From Acidimicrobiales bacterium (GTDB taxonomy: Bacteria > Actinomycetota > Acidimicrobiia > Acidimicrobiales > WLNW01), in NCBI GenBank assembly GCA_039915945.1, contig JBDSMH010000196.1, positions 1,964 through 65,963 on the forward strand: 64,000 nt of DNA, read 5' to 3'. The stretch's first letter is position 1. Each line of letters starts with the position of its first letter. Both the position numbers and the translations under genes were made by a program. Below, piece after piece: positions 31,333 to 40,937 of the stretch. The notes beneath the pieces were generated by a model, which was not told the origin of the DNA, searched no databases, and worked only from the letters and a program-made list of their open reading frames with translations.

Positions 31333-32427
31333 ATGATTCACCGCGATCGCATTTTGATGGGCCCCGGCCCGTGCAACCCGTATCCCGAAGTGATCGAAGC
31401 CTTCGCTCGACCGGTGCTCGGTCACCTCGACCCTGACTTCATTGCACTGCTCGACGAGACCAACGAACGCCTTCGCCAAGTGTTCCGTACCAAGAACGCG
31501 TTGACGTTCCCGATCAGCGCCACCGGTTCGGCCGGCATGGAGGCCGCGTTCGTCAATTTCGTCGAGCCCGGCGACACGGTCGTCATCGGTGTCAACGGCG
31601 TGTTCGGTCAGCGCATGTGCGAAGTGGCAGCGCGCTGCCGGGCAGAGGTCGTTCGCGTCGATGTCGAATGGGGCCGCGCCATCGATCCGCAACAGTTGCT
31701 CGACGCGCACCGCAACCCGACGATCATCGCGACCGTGCACGCCGAGACGTCGACCGGTGTGCGCAACGACGTCGCCGAGCTCGGCGCCAACAAAGGTGAC
31801 GCGCTGCTGCTCGTCGACTGCGTGACGTCGTTGGGCGGCATCCCGCTCGAGATCGACGAGTGGGGGATCGACATCGCGTACAGCGGCACGCAAAAGTGTC
31901 TCGGCGTCCCGCCGGGCCTGTCGCCGCTGACCGTGAGCGCGCGTGCGCTGGATCGGGTCGTGGCGACTCCGCAGTCGTGGTACCTCGACCTCAACATGAT
32001 CAAGAAATACGTCACCGGTGAAGGGGCCAGGGCCTACCACCACACGGCGCAGATCTCGATGATCTACGCCATCCATGCCGGCCTCGGCGTCATACTCGAA
32101 GAAGGCCTCGAGAATTCCTGGGCACGTCACGCCGAGTGCGGCGAGCTGTTGCAGCGCGGTCTCGAAGCGATGGGCATGAAACTGTTCGCGCAAGAGGGGC
32201 ACCGGCTGCCCGAGCTCACGACCGTCTGGATCCCCGAGACACTGCCGGCGGGCACCGACGAAGCCGCGCTGCGGCGCACGTTGCTCCAACGCTATGGCAT
32301 CGAGATCGGTGGAGGGCTGGGCCCGGTCGCGGGCAGAGTGTGGCGCATCGGTTGCATGGGACACACCGCGCGACCCCGCAACGTCACCATGTTGCTCGGC
32401 GCCCTTCGCGAGCTACTCGAGGGCTGA
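31333..32427 (+). CDS. Alanine--glyoxylate aminotransferase family (class V, PLP)
   Basis: LMGPGP, LGHLDP, HAETSTG, DCVTSLGG, SGTQKCL. Confidence 0.9.
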   Translation: MIHRDRILMGPGPCNPYPEVIEAFARPVLGHLDPDFIALLDETNERLRQVFRTKNALTFPISATGSAGMEAAFVNFVEPGDTVVIGVNGVFGQRMCEVAARCRAEVVRVDVEWGRAIDPQQLLDAHRNPTIIATVHAETSTGVRNDVAELGANKGDALLLVDCVTSLGGIPLEIDEWGIDIAYSGTQKCLGVPPGLSPLTVSARALDRVVATPQSWYLDLNMIKKYVTGEGARAYHHTAQISMIYAIHAGLGVILEEGLENSWARHAECGELLQRGLEAMGMKLFAQEGHRLPELTTVWIPETLPAGTDEAALRRTLLQRYGIEIGGGLGPVAGRVWRIGCMGHTARPRNVTMLLGALRELLEG

Positions 32428-32508
32428 GCTTGCACGGTCTGAGCTCGCAATCTTGGCGGGCAGACGGGCGCCGAGCACGCCTGACGCCGAACGCGTAAGG
32501 TGCGCGAC

Positions 32509-33099
32509 GTGACGACGTTGTACGGCCGACGCGTCACGCTGCGGCCGCTCACTCCGAACGACTTCGATGCGTGGCGCGAGGTGCGTCGCCGCAATTGCGC
32601 GTGGCTCACTCAATGGGAGCCGACACGACCTCCGGGTCAACCTGACATCATCGAAGATTCCGCGGCGTTTTTCGCTCGTTGCGGCGCGCGTCAGCGCGAA
32701 CGGCAACTCGGCGCCGGCTACGCGTTCGGAGTTTTCGTCGACGACATGTTCTCAGGCGAGATGAATCTCTCGTCCGTGCAGCGCGGCCCGTTCCAGAACG
32801 CGTACGTCGGCTACTGGATCGACTCGGCCCGTGCGGGCTGTGGCTATACGCCCGAAGCACTCGTCGTTGCTGCGCAGTTCGCGTTCGAGACCATCCGTCT
32901 CCACCGGCTACAGATATCGATTATCCCGCGCAACTCGGCGAGCCGCCGGGTCGTCGAAAAGCTCGACATCCGCTGCGAGGGCGTCGCGGTGCGCTACCTC
33001 GAGATCAACGGCGCCTGGGAAGACCACATGAGGTTCGCGGTGACGAGCGAAGAGTGGTGGATTCGCCGCGACGAACTGCTCGGCAACTGGGTCAGCTGA
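32509..33099 (+). CDS. RimJ-like GNAT N-acetyltransferase
   Basis: VQRGPFQNAYVGYW, LHRLQI, NSASRRVVEKL, YLEINGAWEDH; TAAGGT -10 box 7 nt upstream of GTG 32509 (alternative start 32500). Confidence 0.88.
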   Translation: MTTLYGRRVTLRPLTPNDFDAWREVRRRNCAWLTQWEPTRPPGQPDIIEDSAAFFARCGARQRERQLGAGYAFGVFVDDMFSGEMNLSSVQRGPFQNAYVGYWIDSARAGCGYTPEALVVAAQFAFETIRLHRLQISIIPRNSASRRVVEKLDIRCEGVAVRYLEINGAWEDHMRFAVTSEEWWIRRDELLGNWVS

Positions 33100-33105
33100 C
33101 GTCGG

Positions 33106-33867
33106 TCAATTCTTGTCGCGCGAGATCTGCTGTTGCAGCTTGGTGACGAGCTCCATGAACGGTGGTTGATCCATCGACCACGCTTGCGGATCGAGTTCGT
33201 GGGCAACGGCTGCCTCGGAAGTGTCGAGCCCCTGGAGTTGCTGAATGGTGGCTTTGGTGCGACTGGTCAGCTCGCGCGGGAACGTCGCCGCGCGCGCGGC
33301 CAATGACGTCGCGGCGGCGAGCAGGTCGGCATCGTCGATGCAGCGCCATGCGAGGCCGATCTCTGCCGCGCGCTCACCATCGACTGCCTCTCCGAACAAC
33401 ACCATGGCCATGACGGTCTGATGGTCGGTGATGCGGCGAAGCCGCCATGTGTGGCCGCCACCCGGATGGATGCCGATCTGCATGAATCGCGTGTCGAAGC
33501 GGGCACTGCGCGCCGCGAGGATGACGTCGCAGGCGAGCGCCATGTTCATGCCGGCGCCGACTGCCGCACCATTGACGGCGGCGACGGTCGGCAGCGATGT
33601 GTGCGCGAGGCGCAGGAAGCCGGCGTAGATCTTGCCCAACGATTCTCGGTGCCGGCTGTTCTTCAGATCTTCGAGATCCGCGCCCGCGCAGAATGCGGGT
33701 GGCGCGCCCGTGAGGACGATGGCACCGACATCATCGCGGCTCTCGATTTCGTCGATGGCAGCGATCAGTTCGTCGTTGAGCACCAGGTTGATCGCATTGC
33801 GTCGTGCGGGATCGTTGAGGGTGATTGTCGCGACGCGTTCGGAGACGCTGACGAGCACGTAGGGCAT
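33106..33867 (-). CDS. Enoyl-CoA hydratase/isomerase family protein
   Basis: TITLNDP.RRNA, AFCAGADL, AAVNGAAVGAG, LACD. Confidence 0.9.
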   Translation of the reverse strand: MPYVLVSVSERVATITLNDPARRNAINLVLNDELIAAIDEIESRDDVGAIVLTGAPPAFCAGADLEDLKNSRHRESLGKIYAGFLRLAHTSLPTVAAVNGAAVGAGMNMALACDVILAARSARFDTRFMQIGIHPGGGHTWRLRRITDHQTVMAMVLFGEAVDGERAAEIGLAWRCIDDADLLAAATSLAARAATFPRELTSRTKATIQQLQGLDTSEAAVAHELDPQAWSMDQPPFMELVTKLQQQISRDKN

Positions 33868-33882
33868 GCGCGTAGTCTGCCA

Positions 33883-34917
33883 CTACCAATCGTCGAGCGG
33901 ATCGAGTTCACCGACCTGTCGTAGAGCGCTCGGGCTGCCGTCATCGTCGTCGGTTGTCGCGAGCGACGACTTGCCTTCGTTGCAGTCGTCGAGCAATGGA
34001 CACCATCTACACGCGGGGCCGGTGATCTTGCGCGGTACGCGTTCGGTGTCGGTGAGGATCACCATCTTTTCGATGCCGGCAACGACGCGCATCACCGTCG
34101 TCTCGAGTTGCGCGACCGTGACGTCTTCGGGCACGAAGCGGCCTTGATCGAGGTAGTAGCTGGCGACGCGGCGCGGCGGCGTGCCGATGCGCAGCGTCTC
34201 GATCAACGCGTAGAAGCGCAGGTCTTCGAGGTGCATGGGGGAGAATCGACCCGTCTTGAAATCGATGAGGACCTTGCCCGCCATCGTGCCTTCGGGCTGC
34301 CCGAGTTGCAGGTCGACCTTGCCTTGCAGCGTCACGCGCTCGTTGAACAGGTCGTAGCGCACGCGGCTTTCCATGACGGGGCGCCACCGTGGCGACAGCC
34401 GTGGCCAACATTCGAAGAACTTGGTGAGTTGCTCGTTGGCTTCGGCGCGCAACTCGGCTCGCTCGATCTCGCGGCATCCCTGCAACCACCGGGCGAATTC
34501 GTCGGTCCCTTCCTCGAGGCGCGCGATCGATTCGTCGACGAGGACGAGAGGAGTGAGTTCTCGTCGCCAATGGATCGACGTCTCGATGGCCTTGTGGGCG
34601 ACGATGCCGCGGGCGACCGGCACGGACCACGCAAACTCGTCCTTCGAGAGGTAGCGAGCCTCGCATCCGTGCGCCATCGACAGCTTGCGTTTGGAGACGA
34701 AGTAGGTGGTGTCCGGTTCGAGGTCGGAGAGGATGGGACCGAGTCGGCTTTCGAGCATGTGCAACAAATCGTGGCGTAGCTCGGCATCGAACTGCGGGCG
34801 GCCCCCGCGACGAGCGCCGAGTTGATCGACGACGTCACGTTGCGCAGCGTTCATCGACGCAAGGTCGGCAGTCACCGAAGTGAGATCGCTGCTCTCGGTG
34901 TCGGACACGTCTGCCAC
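33883..34917 (-). CDS. PD-(D/E)XK nuclease, RecB/Cas4/AddB-like
   Basis: GIVAH, E, GKVD, IDFKTG; Cys at HGCE and CRWCPLLDDC. Confidence 0.8.
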   Translation of the reverse strand: MADVSDTESSDLTSVTADLASMNAAQRDVVDQLGARRGGRPQFDAELRHDLLHMLESRLGPILSDLEPDTTYFVSKRKLSMAHGCEARYLSKDEFAWSVPVARGIVAHKAIETSIHWRRELTPLVLVDESIARLEEGTDEFARWLQGCREIERAELRAEANEQLTKFFECWPRLSPRWRPVMESRVRYDLFNERVTLQGKVDLQLGQPEGTMAGKVLIDFKTGRFSPMHLEDLRFYALIETLRIGTPPRRVASYYLDQGRFVPEDVTVAQLETTVMRVVAGIEKMVILTDTERVPRKITGPACRWCPLLDDCNEGKSSLATTDDDDGSPSALRQVGELDPLDDW

Positions 34918-34942
34918 GGTAGTCCTTCGGTAACGTACGGCC

Positions 34943-36196
34943 GTGTCTGTTGGGGCGCCGGCCGAACGGCGGGCGATGTCGGTCTTTCGCTATCGCGAGT
35001 TTCGCGTGTGGTGGCTCAGTTCGCTGTTGTCGAACACGGGGACGATGGCGCAGACGGTGGCCGTACCGATCGTGCTCGATTCGCTGACCGGCAAGGCGAC
35101 ATGGGTCGGCTTCGGCACGTTGGCGAGCACGTTGCCCACGGTTTTCGTCGGCCCGATCGCCGGATCGCTGGCCGACCGCCATTCACGAAGGTCGGTACTG
35201 CTGTGCACGCAGGCTGCCGCGACGGTTGTCTCCGTCATGCTCGCGGTCGCGTGGGCCACCGGGGTGCGCTCGCCCTGGATGTACGTCGCGTTGATGGGAA
35301 TGGCCGGCTCGATTTCGGGATTGGGTCTCCCGTCGTGGCAGTCGATCGTCACCGAGATGGTGCCGCGTGACGAGCTCGCGAACGCGGTGACCTTGAATTC
35401 GGCGTCGTTCAACGCGGCGCGTGCATTCGGCCCGTCGGTCGGTGCGGTGATCCTCGCGTTGAGTGGGCCCGGATGGGTGTTCGCGTTCAACACGATCTCG
35501 TACTCGGCGGTTCTGACGACGCTATGGCGCCGTCCCGCAACGAGTGCCGCGCTGCCCTCCACGACGCGCCCCCGGGTGATGCGTGAATTTCGGTCGACGC
35601 TGCGCTACGTGCGTGCGAGCAGAGGACTCACTACCGCGATGTTGCTCGGCGGCGTACTCGGTCTCGTCGGAAACCCGTTGGCGATGATGGTCGTGCCGTT
35701 CGCCCGCCGGGTGTACCACACGAGTGGCGCGCGAACGAGCCTGCTCGCGGCCGCGATCGGGACGGGCGCGGTACTCGTCGCACCGATCCTCACGGCGAGG
35801 ACCGATCGAGTACGTCCGAGCATTCGGGTGCGCAACGCGATCGTGTGCTACTTCTGCGCCATGGTGCTCCTCGCGTCCGTCCCGTGGATCGTCGCCGGCG
35901 GCGCCGCGCTCTTGGCGATCGGCGCGTCGCACATCGCCGCGAATGCCACGATCAACTCCGTGATCCAACTCGATGTCGACGACGCGTGGCGGGGCAAGGT
36001 GACGTCGGTCTACCTGATGACCGTCAACGCGGGCACGCCGATCGGAGCGATGGCGATGGGCGTGATGGTCGACAGTGTGGGGGCGCGTCGAACGGTTGCC
36101 GGCGCGGCGGGCGCCCTGTTCTTGGTGGCGACCGCGGTGGGGGTACGCGGACGGTTCCCCTCGCTCGACGCCGGAAGAGAACGTCACCTCGTGTAG
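34943..36196 (+). CDS. MFS transporter
   Basis: About 12 TM segments, GSLADRHSRR motif A, NAARAFGP, WRGKV. Confidence 0.9.
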   Translation: MSVGAPAERRAMSVFRYREFRVWWLSSLLSNTGTMAQTVAVPIVLDSLTGKATWVGFGTLASTLPTVFVGPIAGSLADRHSRRSVLLCTQAAATVVSVMLAVAWATGVRSPWMYVALMGMAGSISGLGLPSWQSIVTEMVPRDELANAVTLNSASFNAARAFGPSVGAVILALSGPGWVFAFNTISYSAVLTTLWRRPATSAALPSTTRPRVMREFRSTLRYVRASRGLTTAMLLGGVLGLVGNPLAMMVVPFARRVYHTSGARTSLLAAAIGTGAVLVAPILTARTDRVRPSIRVRNAIVCYFCAMVLLASVPWIVAGGAALLAIGASHIAANATINSVIQLDVDDAWRGKVTSVYLMTVNAGTPIGAMAMGVMVDSVGARRTVAGAAGALFLVATAVGVRGRFPSLDAGRERHLV

Positions 36197-36248
36197 TGCA
36201 TCTCGCGCGCAGCGTGACTGTCACACCGTCGCTGCATGATGTACATCG

Positions 36249-36554
36249 ATGGAAGCGACCTCGATCCGTTTTTCGCACGCCGCCCGAGCGATGCGCCTCG
36301 TCGTGCAACAGCGCGGTCTCGACATGCCCTTGTTCCGTAGTCCTCCCCGACTGCAGGGGGTCCAGCGGTCGCTCACCCGCCGGGCGATCGGGGCGTCGAC
36401 TGTCGCCGTGCAATTGCGTCAGCGGCCGTGGCCGGCAGTGCTCGCCGACATGATCGAGGGGGTCGTCGTCGTCAACGCGTTGCAGGGCGCCCCCGCCGAC
36501 GAGTTGCGCCACGCGTTGTGGTCCGCGCTCGAGTCCGATTCGGTCGCCGCGTGA
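36249..36554 (+). CDS. Hypothetical protein
   Basis: Compact 101-aa ORF with host-like codon use filling the gap (FRSPPR, RPWPAVLADMIEG). Confidence 0.65.
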   Translation: MEATSIRFSHAARAMRLVVQQRGLDMPLFRSPPRLQGVQRSLTRRAIGASTVAVQLRQRPWPAVLADMIEGVVVVNALQGAPADELRHALWSALESDSVAA

Positions 36555-36589
36555 TGTCGCTAACCTCACGACCACACGAGGGGAGCGCG

Positions 36590-38302
36590 ATGGCGTACGA
36601 CTTGGTAGTCCGCAACGGCACGGTGATCGACGGTTCGGGTGCACCGGCATACCGGGCCGACGTGGGTGTCATCGGTGACACCATCGCTGCCATCGGACGC
36701 ATTCGTGAGCGCGGCGCCGACGAGGTCGACGCCGAGGGTCACATCGTCGCGCCGGGCTTCATCGACGGGCACACCCATATGGACGCACAGGTGTGCTGGG
36801 ACCCTCTGGGCACCTGCTCGTCGTGGCACGGGGTGAGCACGGTCGTCATGGGCAACTGCGGCTTCACGGTCGCGCCGTGTCGCAGTTCCGAAAAGTACCT
36901 CGCCATCCGCAGCCTCGAGCGCGCCGAAGACATCTCGGGTGCCGCCATGGAGGCCGGTATCGACTGGCGATGGGAGACCTTCTCGCAGTACCTCGACGTG
37001 GTCGACGCGCTGCCCAAGGGCATCAACTACTCGGGCTACATCGGCCACTCCGCGTTGCGCTCCTACGTCATGGGTGAGCGCTCGTTCGAGCAGGCGGGCA
37101 ACGACGACGACCTCGCCGCGATGCAAGCAGAGTTGCGCAGCGCGTTGCATGCGGGCGCCATCGGGTTCTCGACATCGCGTTCGCACAACCACGCCACCTC
37201 CGACGACAAGCCGGTCGCGTCGCGGCTCGCGTCGTGGGACGAGGTACGCATGCTCGTCAACACCATGGGCGAGTTGGGCACGGGCGTTTTCGAGTTGGCG
37301 CAAGAGCACTACACCGATGCCGAGCCGCGACGCGAGTACTACGAGCGACTGCAGGCGCTCACCATCGAGTCAGGCCGCCCGACGACCTTCGTCGTGGGCG
37401 CCGCCGGTCCTGACTCGTCGGTGTGGCGCCAGATGATCGGCGTTGTCGAAGACACCGTCGCCAAGGGTGGGCGCATGTTCGCGCAAGTGCACGCCCGCCA
37501 GTTCATGTCGATCATGGGGTTCAAGGTGGGCCTGCCCTTCGACCGGCTGCCGACATGGCAGTCGATGCGCCGCAAGCCCCTCGATCAGCAGCGCGCGTCG
37601 CTGCTCGATCCCGCGTCGCGGCGCACTCTCGTCGACGAGGCGATGCACGGTCCCTACCGCGACGGCATCGGTTCCGAAGTGCGGCCCCCCGTGTGGGACA
37701 TGATGTTCCTCGCCGAGACCGACCTGCCGCCCTATCGTTCCGTGGCCCAGGTCGCCGCCGAGCAGAACACCACGCCCGTCGACGTCATCATCGACATGTC
37801 GTTGGCCCACGACTTCGAGCTGTACTTCATGCAGCCCTTCGCCAACCACGATCTCGACGCCGTGCTCGAGTTGATGCGGCACCCGTCGACAGTCATCGCC
37901 GTGTCCGATTCGGGCGCGCACGTCTCCCAGATCATCGACGCCTCCATCCCCACGCACGTCCTTGCGTATTGGACCCGTCAGCAGGGCGCCTTCACCTGGG
38001 AGCAGGCCGTGCGCATGTTGACCTTCGATCCGGCCCGCCTCTGGGGGTTCTCCGACCGCGGCCTCTTGCGCGAAGGCTTCCGGGCCGATCTCGCGGTGTT
38101 CGACCCGCAGCGCATCAGCCCCGGTCTGCCGACGTCGGCCGTCGACCTTCCCGGCGGGGCCAAGCGACTCAAGCAAAAAGCCACCGGCATGTTGGCCCTG
38201 GTCGTGAACGGCAGCGTGCTGATGCGCGACAACGAGCACACCGGCGCGCTGCCCGGTCGACTCCTACGAGGGCCTTTGGCTGCTCGTCGCAGCGTTTCAT
38301 AG
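36590..38302 (+). CDS. N-acyl-D-amino-acid deacylase family amidohydrolase
   Basis: GTVIDGSG, PGFIDGHTHMD, VMGNCG, SDSGAH, ADLAVFDP; GGGAG RBS. Confidence 0.9.
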   Translation: MAYDLVVRNGTVIDGSGAPAYRADVGVIGDTIAAIGRIRERGADEVDAEGHIVAPGFIDGHTHMDAQVCWDPLGTCSSWHGVSTVVMGNCGFTVAPCRSSEKYLAIRSLERAEDISGAAMEAGIDWRWETFSQYLDVVDALPKGINYSGYIGHSALRSYVMGERSFEQAGNDDDLAAMQAELRSALHAGAIGFSTSRSHNHATSDDKPVASRLASWDEVRMLVNTMGELGTGVFELAQEHYTDAEPRREYYERLQALTIESGRPTTFVVGAAGPDSSVWRQMIGVVEDTVAKGGRMFAQVHARQFMSIMGFKVGLPFDRLPTWQSMRRKPLDQQRASLLDPASRRTLVDEAMHGPYRDGIGSEVRPPVWDMMFLAETDLPPYRSVAQVAAEQNTTPVDVIIDMSLAHDFELYFMQPFANHDLDAVLELMRHPSTVIAVSDSGAHVSQIIDASIPTHVLAYWTRQQGAFTWEQAVRMLTFDPARLWGFSDRGLLREGFRADLAVFDPQRISPGLPTSAVDLPGGAKRLKQKATGMLALVVNGSVLMRDNEHTGALPGRLLRGPLAARRSVS

Positions 38303-38381
38303 TGTTTTATAGCGTTTCTGCGGGCATATCTAGGCCAAATGGACCCTCACACCTGTGCACCGCGAGGGATAGCATGCGGAC

Positions 38382-38533
38382 ATTCGACAACCGTAAGGAA
38401 TACGGAGTAGGGCGACGTTACCGAAAGGTATCGTCGTTGACCCGGCATCTAGGTGCAGCCAATCCTGCGTAGGCAGACGAGGTGATGTTGGGTCCTTGCG
38501 CTTCGTGCGACAACGTTCCTCAAAGGAGCTCCC
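38382..38533 (+). promoter_or_regulatory. Structured 5' leader, candidate riboswitch (c-di-AMP-like variant or novel motif)
   Basis: Follows TAGCAT (38370-38375); three stems can be paired by eye, one closed by a GAAA tetraloop; ends at RBS AAAGGAG. Confidence 0.45.
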
Positions 38534-39274
38534 GTGTTAGGCAAGAATTGGCGAGCAAAGTTCGCAGCGTTCGGGGCGCTGGTTACTTTGGGCTTCATCA
38601 TCTTCCAGGGCGTCGGTGATGCGCACAATCCCGAGATCTCGGCCAAGGCCGAGTGCATCGTTCCGACCGACCAGGCACTGATCACCATCGACGTGCACTC
38701 GTGGAACACCGACCAGGGCGATGACCACCGCACCAACGACGTCGTTTTGACCGTCACCGCGACCGGCTACAACCAGACGTTCAACAATGCGTTCAACAAG
38801 GCCAACAACTTTGCCTTCACGCAAAAGATCCAGGTCCCGGCCGACGGCAAGACCTACACGGCGACCGCCACGACCGATAGCTCGTGGGGCCCCAACAACG
38901 ACATCATCATCCCGATCGGGCCGCAGTCTCGCTCGGCCCAAGTGACCGTGCCGCAGCCCTGCTTGCCCGCGACGACCACCACCATCGCGCCCACGACCAC
39001 TGTGGCGCCGACCACGACCGCGACTTCGACGACGGCTGCCCCCACGACCGCTGCCCCCACGACCGCTGCCCCCACCACGATCGCGGTGAGCGTGCAGGGT
39101 GTCGTCCAGACCGCACCGACGACGGCACCGCCGGCGACGGTCGGTACCGCGGTTCAGGGCGTCGTTCTGGCCCGCACCGGCACCAACGCCATGCCGCTGA
39201 TCCTCGGTGGCGTGATGCTCGTGTTGCTCGGTACTGCGGTTGAGCTCAACGCTCGTCGCCGCCGTAGCGCCTGA
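38534..39274 (+). CDS. Secreted surface protein with Thr/Pro-rich stalk and sortase-type anchor
   Basis: Signal peptide, beta-rich domain bracketed by two Cys, TTAAP repeats, LARTG plus hydrophobic segment plus RRRR. Confidence 0.8.
   Translation: MLGKNWRAKFAAFGALVTLGFIIFQGVGDAHNPEISAKAECIVPTDQALITIDVHSWNTDQGDDHRTNDVVLTVTATGYNQTFNNAFNKANNFAFTQKIQVPADGKTYTATATTDSSWGPNNDIIIPIGPQSRSAQVTVPQPCLPATTTTIAPTTTVAPTTTATSTTAAPTTAAPTTAAPTTIAVSVQGVVQTAPTTAPPATVGTAVQGVVLARTGTNAMPLILGGVMLVLLGTAVELNARRRRSA
39029..39073 (+). repeat. 15-bp tandem repeat x3 encoding TTAAP
   Basis: ACGACSGCTGCCCCC repeated three times. Confidence 0.85.
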
Positions 39275-39316
39275 CCCCACGCTCCAACTACTACGGTGGG
39301 CGCGCCGACCGTGCGC

Positions 39317-39400
39317 GCCCGGGTGGCGGAACTGGTAGACGCAGAGGGCTTAAACCCCTTGGTCCGCAAGGGCTTGCGGGTTCGAATCCCGCCCCGGGCA
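39317..39400 (+). tRNA. tRNA-Leu(UAA)
   Basis: GCCCGGG acceptor stem, D arm TGGCGGAACTGGTAGACGC, anticodon loop CTTAAAC, long variable arm, T loop GGTTCGAATCC. Confidence 0.95.
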
Positions 39401-39465
39401 CGGCGCTGACCTGCGGATTTATCTTCTCGGAACTGATGTGGTGAGCCCGTTCAGGGCGCCGCGCG

Positions 39466-39487
39466 AACGGATTGCTAACGAACGCGT
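39466..39487 (+). repeat. 22-bp direct repeat, putative integrase arm-type site
   Basis: AACGGATTGCTAACGAACGCGT, identical to 42345-42366. Confidence 0.75.
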
Positions 39488-39502
39488 TACGCGCCCGTCC
39501 CC

Positions 39503-40675
39503 ATGAGAGGTCACGTTCGCAAGCGGGGAAGTGCCTGGGCGTACTGGATCGACGCGGGCCGTGACCAGGTCACAAATCGCCGAATCCAGCACACTCGCAG
39601 CGGATTCGTCTCCAAGAGCGCGGCCGAAACGGCGATGCGCGAAGCGCTGCGTGGCTTCGAGAACGGCACCGCCGTGCGGGCTTCGCCGACCACGCTCGCC
39701 GACTATCTCGAGCGGTGACTCGACAACGTGCGGCCCAACCTGCGCCCCACCACTTGGGCCGGCTATCGCCGCGACGTCGCCAACATCACCGACAAGCTCG
39801 GCCAGGTCCGGCTGCAGGATCTGACGCCGCTGCAGATCGAGACGGCGTATACGCAGCTCCTTGCGAAAGGGCGCGCCGGGCGCCCGCTGTCGCCGAAGTC
39901 GGTCAAGAACATTCACACCGCGCTCCGACGGGCGTTGGGCGACGCAGAGCGCCTCGGGCTCGTAGTACGCAACCCTGCCCGCCTAGCGAAGCCACCGACC
40001 TATCACCGGCCCGAGATCGAAACCTGGACCGCCGAAGAGCTGCGCGGGTTCCTCAACTACGTAAACGACGATCGGTTGTTTGCCGCGTATTTGTTGCTGG
40101 CGACCACCGGCATGCGCCGAGGCGAAGTGTTCGGGTTGCGATGGTCGGATGTGAAACTCAATGCCGGCTGGCTGTCGATCGAGCAGACCCTTACCACTGT
40201 CGACAGCAAACTCATTCTCGGCGCGACGAAGACAGCGCGCAGTCGCCGACGCATTGCCCTCGACCCCGAGACGGTCACCGCGTTGCGTGACCACAAGCGA
40301 CGACAGAACGAGGAGCGTCTGACCGCCGGCCCGGGGTGGCAGCGTGAGCCCGATCTCGTCTTTCGAGAGCCCGACGGCCATCCGTTGCATCCCGATTGGT
40401 TCACCAAGGAGTTCAAGCGCCAAGCCCGCGCCGCTGGGTTGACTGGTCTGCGGGGTCCGCACGGTCTACGCCACACTTGGGCCACGCTCGCGCTCCAGGC
40501 CGGCATTCATCCCAAGGTCGTGTCCGAACGACTCGGCCACTCGACGATCTCGATCACGCTCGACACCTACAGCCATGTGATGCCCGGGCTCGACATCGAG
40601 GCGGCAAACGTCGTTGCCGCAAAGATCTTCGGTGGCCGCGGCGCTGGCGGTCCAAAATCTGCCGGTGCGGCGTAG
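39503..40675 (+). pseudogene. Tyrosine recombinase/integrase with one in-frame TGA
   Basis: Arm-binding N-terminus (RGHVRKRG..W), YLER*LDN at 39716-39718, then in the same frame TGMRRGE, HGLRHT, RLGH, TLDTYSH. Confidence 0.88.
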
Positions 40676-40700
40676 GGCGCCACTTTCTACACTGTGCTCT

Positions 40701-40931
40701 ATGTCGGTGACCGTCGAATTGCCTGAAGACGCTCTGGCGCGGTTGCGCGCCGAAGCAGCGCGGCGCGGCGTCAGTATCGATGTCGTCATCGCCGAGCTCG
40801 CAGCCCGACTCCCGGCGGAAGATCCGCTCGAGGCCTTCATCGGCTGCGGCGCGTCAGGACGTACCGAGCCGTTCGACATCCACCACGAACGCGCCGAGCT
40901 CGCCGCGAAGAAACACGCCGAAGGCGTCTGA
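40701..40931 (+). CDS. vapB: VapB-like antitoxin (RHH/CopG-type)
   Basis: TVELPEDALARLRAEAARRGVS; directly upstream of the PIN toxin; TACACT -10 box 7 nt before ATG. Confidence 0.75.
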   Translation: MSVTVELPEDALARLRAEAARRGVSIDVVIAELAARLPAEDPLEAFIGCGASGRTEPFDIHHERAELAAKKHAEGV

Positions 40932-40937
40932 GCCGAG

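Noticed and set aside
33883-34917. cas4 of a CRISPR-Cas system
   Set aside because: No cas1/cas2 or array anywhere in the window.
39716-39718. Selenocysteine or genetic-code reassignment of TGA
   Set aside because: The position corresponds to Trp rather than Cys, and TGA is the normal stop for most genes in the window.
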